UHGV virus genome: UHGV-0338188
Length of the DNA: 44,896 bases
Source: a virus
Strand: one strand, 5' to 3'
Below are positions 38,374 through 44,896 of this stretch, piece by piece. Made by a program: the position numbers and the translations under genes. The first letter of the stretch is position 1. Every line of letters begins with the position of its first letter. The notes below the pieces were generated by a model that was given only the letters and a program-made list of their open reading frames with translations, ran no database searches and was not told the DNA's origin.

Positions 38374-39498
38374 ATGATTGTGAATAAAGCATATAAATTT
38401 AGAATCTATCCAAACAAAGAACAAGAAATACTGATTGCTAAAACAATCGGTTGTTCTCGTTTTGTATTCAATCATTTCCTCGCAAAATGGAACGATACTT
38501 ATAAGGCAACAGGAAAAGGTTTGACTTACAATTCGTGTTCTTCTCAATTAACCCAATTAAAGAAAGAATTAGTTTGGTTAAAAGAGGTGGACAGCATTGC
38601 GATTCAATCTTCACTCAAAAACCTTGCTGATGCATATTCTCGCTTCTTTAAGAAGCAAAACGATGCACCTCACTTCAAGTCCAAAAAGAATAAGGTTCAA
38701 TCTTATACAACAAAACACACGAATGGAAACATTGCCATTGAAGGCAACAAAATCAAATTGCCTAAACTTGGATGGATTCGTTTTGCAAAGAGTCGTGAAG
38801 TAGAAGGTCGTATTCTCAATGCAACAATTAGACGAAAATCAAGTGGAAAACATTTTGTATCCATTCTTGTAGAAACAGAAGTACAACCGTTAGAAAAAAC
38901 AGGTTCTTCTGTGGGCATAGATGTCGGCTTGAAAGATTTTGCTATTCTTTCAGATGGAACAAAATACAAAAACCCAAAATGGTTGCGTAAATTAGAAAAG
39001 AAATTAGCAAAAGAACAACGGATTCTTTCAAGACGTAAAAAAGGTGGTTCAAATTGGAATAAGCAACGAATTAAAGTAGCTCGTATTCACGAAAAAATTA
39101 CAAATACAAGAAAAGATTACTTGGACAAAATCTCTACCTATATTGTCAAGAACCACGACATTATCGGGATTGAAGATTTGTCAGTATCGAATATGTTAAA
39201 GAATCATAACCTTGCAAAAGCGATCAGCGAAGTATCTTGGTATCAATTCAGAACGATGCTTGAATACAAAGCGAAATGGCACGGCAAACAAGTTGTTGCG
39301 GTATCTAAAACGTTTGCAAGTTCTCAATTGTGTTCGTGTTGTGGATACAAAAACAAAGACGTTAAGAATCTAAATCTTCGTGAATGGGATTGCCCATCTT
39401 GTGGAACACATCACGACAGAGATATTAACGCAAGTTTGAATCTTAAAAATGAAGCTATAAGGCTTCTAACCGTAGGGACTACGGGGATAGCCTACTAA
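38374..39498 (+). CDS. tnpB: TnpB (IS200/IS605-family OrfB; RuvC-like RNA-guided nuclease)
   Basis: OrfB N-terminus [10 protein letters not shown]; Ruv[12 protein letters not shown], Ruv[14 protein letters not shown], zinc finger CSCCGY...CPSCG, Ruv[12 protein letters not shown]. Confidence 0.85.
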   Translation: MIVNKAYKFRIYPNKEQEILIAKTIGCSRFVFNHFLAKWNDTYKATGKGLTYNSCSSQLTQLKKELVWLKEVDSIAIQSSLKNLADAYSRFFKKQNDAPHFKSKKNKVQSYTTKHTNGNIAIEGNKIKLPKLGWIRFAKSREVEGRILNATIRRKSSGKHFVSILVETEVQPLEKTGSSVGIDVGLKDFAILSDGTKYKNPKWLRKLEKKLAKEQRILSRRKKGGSNWNKQRIKVARIHEKITNTRKDYLDKISTYIVKNHDIIGIEDLSVSNMLKNHNLAKAISEVSWYQFRTMLEYKAKWHGKQVVAVSKTFASSQLCSCCGYKNKDVKNLNLREWDCPSCGTHHDRDINASLNLKNEAIRLLTVGTTGIAY

Positions 39499-39590
39499 AT
39501 ATTCGCTCGATAGAGCGAAGTTCGTAGGAATCTCCCACTTCTAAGCGAAGCGAAAGTGGGAGTAGTTCAATCTAATGTTTCACATGAAAC
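39380..39590 (+). ncRNA. putative omega-RNA (right-end RNA) scaffold and guide region
   Basis: Hairpins CGCTC-GATA-GAGCG (39504..39517) and CTCCCACTT-N13-AAGTGGGAG (39532..39562) lie just 3' of tnpB. In characterised TnpB systems the guide follows the right end. Confidence 0.3.
39577..39590. promoter_or_regulatory. motif copy 5 (GTTTCACATGAAAC)
   Basis: Lies 8 nt upstream of RBS GGAGGG of the gene at 39612. Confidence 0.5.
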
Positions 39591-39611
39591 AAAAAATCGG
39601 AGGGAAAATTT

Positions 39612-40040
39612 ATGAAATTAGTTATCAACAGCGAAAATTTGAAAGTATCGATCGAAGCAAAAGGAAATTTGGATGAACGTCATGTGATTTCAGCGTACCA
39701 GTTAGCAACAGGAGATTTCAAAGCGCTATTTGTGGAAGAAGAAACAAATGCACAAACGATCAATTTAGATGGTTCAAAAGTCGGAAAAGGCGTAAGAGAA
39801 TTTGAGAAAGACAAAAAGTCGTTTGATCCAAGAGAAGCTGAATGGGTTCAAACAGAATTTATTTGCCCGGCGTGTGGGATCGAAGGAAGAAGAAACACGA
39901 TAAAAACAAACAAATATGTCAAATGCTATGAATGCAATACGAAAATCAAACTAGAAAGAGCCGTGCCAGAAAACGAAGAAAAAGAAACAGACAAAGCAGG
40001 AAATTATTACATCGCAAATGATTTCTTTGAAATTCAATAA
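39612..40040 (+). CDS. hypothetical protein with a C-terminal zinc ribbon (CPACG...CYECN)
   Basis: 142 aa; GGAGGG RBS. Confidence 0.55.
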   Translation: MKLVINSENLKVSIEAKGNLDERHVISAYQLATGDFKALFVEEETNAQTINLDGSKVGKGVREFEKDKKSFDPREAEWVQTEFICPACGIEGRRNTIKTNKYVKCYECNTKIKLERAVPENEEKETDKAGNYYIANDFFEIQ

Positions 40041-40066
40041 TTAATCGGATGAAAGGTGGAAAAAAC

Positions 40067-40243
40067 ATGTGTGAAGTATGCAAAGGGGAAAAAGTGGTAG
40101 TTGTTAACGTTGGCGGAGGGATTGCATCTTTTCAGCCTTGCCTAAAATGTAATAAACCAGAATACAACGAACGCCACAAAGAAACATGGGCGGATTTGGA
40201 GCGTATTTTAAACGTGTGCGATCCTAAGACTAAAATCGATTAA
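40067..40243 (+). CDS. small zinc-ribbon protein (58 aa)
   Basis: CEVCKG...CLKCNK motif; AAAGGTGG RBS before the ATG at 40067. Confidence 0.5.
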   Translation: MCEVCKGEKVVVVNVGGGIASFQPCLKCNKPEYNERHKETWADLERILNVCDPKTKID

Positions 40244-40307
40244 ATATATAGGCGTTGCTTAAAACGCCTTAAAACGAAAAATAGAGGCCAATTTGGAGGG
40301 GTAAGAA

Positions 40308-40790
40308 ATGACGAAAAAAGAGTTTCATCGTTTACGATCGATTTATTTTGCAATGTATGATCGAACCAAAAGCGCATTTTGGTTCGATAAAGTCAAAGAA
40401 CTAACAAGAAAGTACGAAGAAGAAAATGACTATCGGCGGTTTGATGGTTATATAAAAATCCATTATCCGGACGGATCGGAATATTTGTATCGCAATTTAG
40501 ATCGTGCAGGCGATCAATTCAAATTGTCGGGGGTCAAAATGTTTGACATGGCAAGAGCAGGCAAGAAGTTAAACGATGGAACGTTTTTCACGTTGGAAGA
40601 AATACCGAAGAAAAATCGGTTTGGCGTAACATTTGAATATCCGAACGGATGCATCAAGGAGTTTTTATCGGTCGCAAGCGCAAGCAAAGCAATCGGGTTT
40701 TCGATCGATACAATTTCCAGATATAAGAATTCAGATAAGTTGTTGCTAGGAAAAATCAAGATCACAACGCTTCTGCACGAAGAATTATAA
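40308..40790 (+). CDS. hypothetical protein with a C-terminal NUMOD1-like HTH (homing-endonuclease-associated DNA-binding motif)
   Basis: IKEFLSVASASKAIGFSIDTISRY matches the NUMOD1 pattern. No GIY-YIG, HNH or LAGLIDADG catalytic motif in the N-terminal part. Confidence 0.45.
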   Translation: MTKKEFHRLRSIYFAMYDRTKSAFWFDKVKELTRKYEEENDYRRFDGYIKIHYPDGSEYLYRNLDRAGDQFKLSGVKMFDMARAGKKLNDGTFFTLEEIPKKNRFGVTFEYPNGCIKEFLSVASASKAIGFSIDTISRYKNSDKLLLGKIKITTLLHEEL

Positions 40791-40890
40791 AAAAATTTTA
40801 TCTTTTTGTTGTACAATCAGTTGAACAACGATATAATACGTTTGTAAGGACAACTAGTTGCATAATAAAAAGGGAAAGAGGTGGGAAATA

Positions 40891-41073
40891 ATGTGGGCAA
40901 TCGGATTTTTCATTTTCGCATTCATCACGTTGGCTTTGCTATATAACGAATGGCAAAATGAGAAAGAAGCAAAATTGGAAGCTTTGAAAAAAATCGATGA
41001 TTTGGAAAAACAAGTGCGAGTTTTGGAAGAAGTCGCAAGCATCACGAAAGAAGATGGAGGGATGGAATTTTGA
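40891..41073 (+). CDS. small membrane/coiled-coil protein (60 aa)
   Basis: AAAGAGGTGGG RBS; one TM segment, then a coiled coil. Confidence 0.45.
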   Translation: MWAIGFFIFAFITLALLYNEWQNEKEAKLEALKKIDDLEKQVRVLEEVASITKEDGGMEF

Positions 41074-41576
41074 AAAAGTGGTCGGAGTTTGAAAGGGAAA
41101 TAGAGCAAACAAATGCATATTATCAAAGGAAAGGCCGTGGAGCGGTGGCAAAATTGCCGAATGGTGTGCAAACCGTCAAACAAGCAGGCACGATCAAAAA
41201 TTTTCGGGTAAAAACGCCGTGTGACTTTATCGGACACGTTGACGGCGTTCCGGTGGCTTTCGATGTTAAAACGACATCAAGAAAAACCGCATTTCCAATT
41301 TTCACGAGAGGGAAGAACAACAAAGAAACATATTCGCTTAAAAAACATCAAGCAATGTTTCTATCACAGTTCGACAACGGCGGAAGGGGATACGTACTAA
41401 TCTATTCAATCCCAAAAGATATATCGTGGCTTGTGCCGATCGAAGAATATTTGATGCTTTGCCAGGCAATGAAAAACAGCGGTAAGAAAAGCATTAATTT
41501 CATTCACTTTGTTGGATTTGAAATCGAAAGAAATGGCATGTTTTGGGATTACGCCGAAAAAATTATCGGAGGTTAA
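41070..41576 (+). CDS. RecU-like Holliday junction resolvase
   Basis: CDFIGHVDGVPVAFDVKTTS matches a PD-(D/E)xK core of the RecU type; 168 aa. Confidence 0.5.
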   Translation: MKKWSEFEREIEQTNAYYQRKGRGAVAKLPNGVQTVKQAGTIKNFRVKTPCDFIGHVDGVPVAFDVKTTSRKTAFPIFTRGKNNKETYSLKKHQAMFLSQFDNGGRGYVLIYSIPKDISWLVPIEEYLMLCQAMKNSGKKSINFIHFVGFEIERNGMFWDYAEKIIGG

Positions 41577-41580
41577 AAGG

Positions 41581-41757
41581 ATGCATATTATAGGGTTCAT
41601 AATCAAAATGATTCTTGCGATTATCGTGATTGCTTTCGTTGGTTTTGGTATTTTGTGGATATTGTTTCCAGAAAATCCGCTTGTTGTTTGGGTCGTTGCA
41701 ATTGCTTTGCCGGTTATCATTTGGCAAGGGTACAAAGAATTGGAGGAAAATCGATGA
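41581..41757 (+). CDS. small membrane protein (58 aa)
   Basis: GGAGGTTAAAAGG RBS; two TM segments. Confidence 0.45.
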   Translation: MHIIGFIIKMILAIIVIAFVGFGILWILFPENPLVVWVVAIALPVIIWQGYKELEENR

Positions 41758-42080
41758 TCGATGCAAACGAAGTGGAAAAGATTATCGGCGTTCGGCTTGA
41801 TGATTGGCAAAAAGAAATGATCGACAATTCTAATTCGATCAATTTCAATACAAATCGGAGAAGGTCGGGGCGTGGACTTGTGATGATCATTAAATTTTTA
41901 TTGCAGGTTGGCCATCCATATTCCTTGCCTAAAAAATCAATGTTATTAGATAAAAACAAAGTTTATGCGATCAATTATTTCGAAATGATGGTTGATTGCT
42001 ATGAGAAACTAAAAGCGGAAGGCATTCCGGTTCGTACGCTTAAAAACACGGAAGAATATGAAAGAGAGGGAAACAAGTGA
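41754..42080 (+). CDS. hypothetical protein (108 aa)
   Basis: GGAGG RBS; ATGA overlap with the upstream gene. Confidence 0.5.
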   Translation: MIDANEVEKIIGVRLDDWQKEMIDNSNSINFNTNRRRSGRGLVMIIKFLLQVGHPYSLPKKSMLLDKNKVYAINYFEMMVDCYEKLKAEGIPVRTLKNTEEYEREGNK

Positions 42081-42397
42081 TCTGTATAGGCGCAAAACAA
42101 CCAGGAGGGAACGCACAACCTATTCCGATCAGTGCCAGGCCTATTGATATGATCGGGTTGCTAAAACGGCTGAAACGAGTTTACACGCAATTTCAGCAAG
42201 TATCAGAATATATCTATGTTAACGGACTGACATTGATCGATGTAGAAATCGAAACGGAATTTGATCGGCCAATATTCATTTGCAGGAACTTAAATGGCAA
42301 ACTATTGTATCTGTTTCACGATGGTTGTATCAAAAGCGTTCGAAATAAAAACGGTAACATGGAAATCGAAGAAAATCATTTGTGGGATCGGAGGTAA
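42077..42397 (+). CDS. hypothetical protein (106 aa, GTG start)
   Basis: GAGAGGGAAAC RBS. Confidence 0.45.
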   Translation: MICIGAKQPGGNAQPIPISARPIDMIGLLKRLKRVYTQFQQVSEYIYVNGLTLIDVEIETEFDRPIFICRNLNGKLLYLFHDGCIKSVRNKNGNMEIEENHLWDRR

Positions 42398-42401
42398 AGA
42401 A

Positions 42402-42608
42402 TTGATATTTGTTAGCTATTTGATTCTTGTTTCGTTGATCAGCGGTTTGGGTATTTTTACGATCAGCACATTTTTCCGTCAGGCATTCAATCACGATCAA
42501 GAAATCGATAATTTTAACGCAATATTTTGGTTTGGCATCGCAATCGTTTTGGCCGTTGTCATATTGGTTTGCCTGGTATTCATCGGATTGGAGTTGAAAC
42601 AGATATGA
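42402..42608 (+). CDS. small membrane protein (TTG start)
   Basis: GGAGGT RBS 8 nt before TTG; two TM segments. Confidence 0.35.
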   Translation: MIFVSYLILVSLISGLGIFTISTFFRQAFNHDQEIDNFNAIFWFGIAIVLAVVILVCLVFIGLELKQI

Positions 42609-42928
42609 AAAAGCACGTGTTGGAAATCGTAGTCAAAAAGAAAAATGTGATATTAAGGAAAACGGTCAAACATGCAGGATCAGAACAGATCGCAAGAAAT
42701 GTGTTTCACGTGGAACATGAGCGACTAAGGAAAATGCAAGTCGAACAAGATGTGAAAGAAATTCAAAAAGCGCAACAGCGTGGCTTTTATGATGTCTATC
42801 TAAGATATATCAAGATGAACCAAAAAACGAACGGTTCGCAGGTATCGGAAAGCTTTATGGAGGAACATTTCACTTTTGCCAACGATCAAAAATTCGGGAG
42901 GGTTGATGATGTTAGCAAAGCGAAATGA
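42606..42928 (+). CDS. hypothetical protein (107 aa)
   Basis: ATG with a GGAG RBS. Contains a degenerate motif copy, GTTTCACGTGGAAC, at 42703..42716. Confidence 0.5.
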
Positions 42929-43061
42929 TCCGGATATTTTCAAAGATGGCGAAGGAGATTAGAAATGGGCAAACGTGGAAAACGAATCAAAAAGAAAAAC
43001 AGAAAACAAAAGGAATTGCGTGAGATCAATGAACAAAAAACAAAGAAAGTGAGTGATCAAA

Positions 43062-43370
43062 ATGGCATTAGTGGAGTACACAGCAACAAAAGTCGTTTGT
43101 GATATTTGCGGAGCAGATGCAAATGGATCGTGGTTTCGCAGGGAAGAAGTGAACGGCATTACAAATCGATTGTTTATCAGTCCAATTGATTTATGCGATA
43201 CACATTCGAAGATGTATGACGAAGACGAAGCATTCAAAAAGTACGTTGTGTTGGAAAGCGAGAAAAACAATTATCCACAGGAAAAGAAAGATGAATTGAT
43301 CCAAGCAATGAAACAAAAATGGGAGGGTATGGAAGAATGGCAAAAAGATCAAATGAAGAACAATCATTGA
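43062..43370 (+). CDS. hypothetical Cys-containing protein (about 102 aa; start uncertain)
   Basis: CDICG...CDTH pattern. A 45-aa basic sORF (42965..43102) with a strong RBS overlaps its start. Confidence 0.4.
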   Translation: MALVEYTATKVVCDICGADANGSWFRREEVNGITNRLFISPIDLCDTHSKMYDEDEAFKKYVVLESEKNNYPQEKKDELIQAMKQKWEGMEEWQKDQMKNNH

Positions 43371-43585
43371 TCGCAGAAATCAAAGCAAATTACACAGGAT
43401 TTGTGAATAACTCTTTCATCGGGAACATAAGCACAAGCGGACATCCCAGGATTTTGGATGGTTTATTGGTCAATTTGATTGCAGACATCATCCAACGCAA
43501 AGAAACGGAAGAAGAGCGCCACAATCTTTGCTATCAGATTGACCAGGTTATTTCAGATCACTTGAATCAGGAGGAGGATCGATGA
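43337..43585 (+). CDS. hypothetical protein (82 aa)
   Basis: GGGAGGG RBS 9 nt before the ATG. Confidence 0.5.
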   Translation: MAKRSNEEQSLIAEIKANYTGFVNNSFIGNISTSGHPRILDGLLVNLIADIIQRKETEEERHNLCYQIDQVISDHLNQEEDR

Positions 43586-43818
43586 AATATCGGGTCGGGG
43601 ATAGGTTCATGGCAAGAGTGAGAGGGGAGTTTCTTATTCGTGAGGTGGTTGCAGTCGATTGCGACCATCCACACGGATATCATTATAAAATGATGGCCAA
43701 CGATTCAAAGCCGTTTTGGCAAACAGAAAAACAGTTGGATAGATATGTTCACGTTGGAAATGTTTTTTGGATAGAACGTTCTTACGAGATATATAAAGCA
43801 ACACAAAAAAAGACGTAA
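43582..43818 (+). CDS. hypothetical protein (78 aa)
   Basis: AGGAGGAGG RBS; ATGA overlap. Confidence 0.55.
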   Translation: MKYRVGDRFMARVRGEFLIREVVAVDCDHPHGYHYKMMANDSKPFWQTEKQLDRYVHVGNVFWIERSYEIYKATQKKT

Positions 43819-43831
43819 AAGAGGTTATGGC

Positions 43832-44029
43832 ATGATGAATCAATTTAGCGCAGGCGATCGGATCATTTGCAAATATTCGGATGTTACTGATTGGATTTAT
43901 AAGGTCGAGAAATTCGAAAAGAAGGATCGAAATGGCGTGTATCATTTACTTTCGCCATCCGGTGTGAATTTTGAATGTCAGCAAGTAAACGTGGAAGATG
44001 TTTGCGAATTGTATGAGAAAGGACGTTGA
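43832..44029 (+). CDS. hypothetical protein (65 aa)
   Basis: AAGAGG RBS. Confidence 0.5.
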   Translation: MMNQFSAGDRIICKYSDVTDWIYKVEKFEKKDRNGVYHLLSPSGVNFECQQVNVEDVCELYEKGR

Positions 44030-44032
44030 CAA

Positions 44033-44197
44033 ATGACAGAAATCGAATGGGCGTTGTTTATCGTAGCATTATTTTTCGGCAATATCTCATTTCGTGATAG
44101 ACAAGGCGTGCCACGCTTTGAATATAGCGGATTGGTTGCATATCTAATCAAAAAGGCTTTTGAAGCTATAAAAACGATGAAAGAGGATGATCGATGA
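44033..44197 (+). CDS. small membrane protein (54 aa)
   Basis: AAGGA RBS; N-terminal TM segment; ATGA overlap with the next gene. Confidence 0.35.
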   Translation: MTEIEWALFIVALFFGNISFRDRQGVPRFEYSGLVAYLIKKAFEAIKTMKEDDR

Positions 44198-44691
44198 TGA
44201 AAAAAACAAAATATATGTGCGCTTTAAATGCAGATCAAGAAGTATGGGAAGCAACAGAACGTTTCAACACAAGAATCGAAGCGATTAATGCAGGCATTCA
44301 AGGTTTGGCAGAAAAAGACGAAGGCATTTTCGGAGAAATCCCGGAAATAGGAACGACAAAATTCGTAGTTGGTAGAATAAGCGAATACAAAATCAATTTT
44401 GAAAACGTGGCAGAAGAGATCATGGAGATCATAAGTGAAGATGCCTATGATTATCTAGGGGAATCGGCAACGACCTATCTGGAAGACGTTGAGGACGATC
44501 AAAAGAAAAGACTTGCAGGTGTGATCGAAAAATTTTTCGAGGAAGAAGAATTGATGCCAAAATGTTTCAACATCGTTGACATTGAAGAATATGACATCAC
44601 GGACTTATTCGGATCATACGTAAAAAACGATACATTTCCAGATTTTACCAAGAAAGAATGGAGAAGCGGATTTGATGCAGGCATGGCTTAA
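44194..44691 (+). CDS. acidic hypothetical protein (165 aa)
   Basis: Clean ORF; AAGAGGATG RBS. Confidence 0.55.
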   Translation: MMKKTKYMCALNADQEVWEATERFNTRIEAINAGIQGLAEKDEGIFGEIPEIGTTKFVVGRISEYKINFENVAEEIMEIISEDAYDYLGESATTYLEDVEDDQKKRLAGVIEKFFEEEELMPKCFNIVDIEEYDITDLFGSYVKNDTFPDFTKKEWRSGFDAGMA

Positions 44692-44896
44692 AGAATACCG
44701 AATGAAACAAGCAAACGAGTTGATCCGAATGATCGCAAATCGTGGCCGGCGTTTCTTTGATTATACGACAATTAAGAGAATGGATAACGAAGCACTTTTG
44801 GGGAGTGTGTCGCATTTCATTATCAAAAACAACCGTGTCTATTTCAAGGATGGTTATACACAGAAAGAAATGTTTGCTTATAACCATTTTTACATG
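44675..44896 (+). CDS. hypothetical protein, N-terminal part (3' truncated at the window end; continues into 1..246)
   Basis: GGAG RBS before the ATG at 44675. The ORF ends on a codon boundary at the last base of the window. Confidence 0.5.
   Translation, partial: MQAWLKEYRMKQANELIRMIANRGRRFFDYTTIKRMDNEALLGSVSHFIIKNNRVYFKDGYTQKEMFAYNHFYM

Larger units (their letters stand above)
38064..39590 (+). mobile_element. IS605-family-like TnpB cassette with no TnpA, bounded by related subterminal hairpins
   Basis: Similar 35-bp hairpin elements sit at 38064..38118 and 39532..39562. The cassette lies between the DnaC stop and the leader of the next gene. Confidence 0.5.

Noticed and set aside
1-44896. 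Search for tRNA genes, CRISPR arrays, an integrase/attP, or a reverse transcriptase or diversity-generating retroelement
   Set aside because: No T-loop-like GGTTCGAATCC motifs or cloverleaf candidates were seen. No regularly spaced direct repeats were found beyond the iterons. No tyrosine or serine recombinase motifs and no reverse-transcriptase YxDD motif were found. The protein-level repeats in the fibre gene are modular duplications, not a template/variable repeat pair.

Overview
This 44,896-bp window reads as a complete siphovirus-type phage genome of a low-GC Gram-positive host, written from an arbitrary point on a circular map. The final partial ORF (44675..44896) runs in frame into position 1 and stops at 246, so one gene spans the junction. 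Almost all genes are on the + strand. There are two early transcription units, each starting at a sigma-A-type promoter. The first, from the promoter at 31261..31289, carries small HTH proteins, an ERF-family annealing protein, a DUF1351 protein and an HNH endonuclease. The second, from the promoter at 35592..35620, carries a Cro-like HTH protein, three paralogous winged-HTH replication proteins (one with embedded iterons), a DnaC-like loader, a TnpB cassette, a RecU-like resolvase, many small ORFs, and wraps to about 1060. A strong terminator at 1251..1277 is followed by the late region. In order, the late genes encode a ParB-like nuclease, TerS, TerL, portal, a MuF-like head protein, an S78 protease/scaffold fusion, major capsid, connectors, major tail, a tail chaperone with a -1 frameshift, a 2066-aa tape measure with M23 and SLT domains, Dit, Tal, a 1962-aa collagen-like receptor-binding protein, and a four-gene lysis cassette (membrane protein, XhlA-like, holin, amidase endolysin). 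I see no integrase, CI-type repressor, tRNA, CRISPR array or reverse transcriptase. The features most worth follow-up are listed here. (1) A 14-bp near-palindrome, GTTTCAYRTGRAAC, recurs at five intergenic sites; four lie 2-10 nt upstream of a Shine-Dalgarno sequence, and three of those sit just downstream of an extended -10 element. (2) A roughly 1.5-kb cassette, an IS605-family TnpB plus a divergent 50-aa ribbon-helix-helix gene, is bounded by two related 35-bp hairpin repeats. Copy 5 of the motif lies exactly where the omega-RNA guide would be. (3) A roughly 560-bp non-coding island sits between the MuF-like and protease genes; it holds two intrinsic terminators bracketing a putative ~85-nt small RNA. 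(4) The lysis cassette has a leader peptide and a hairpin-containing 5' leader. (5) Origin-like iterons lie inside the replication gene. No identities were checked against databases; all calls rest on sequence motifs read by eye.
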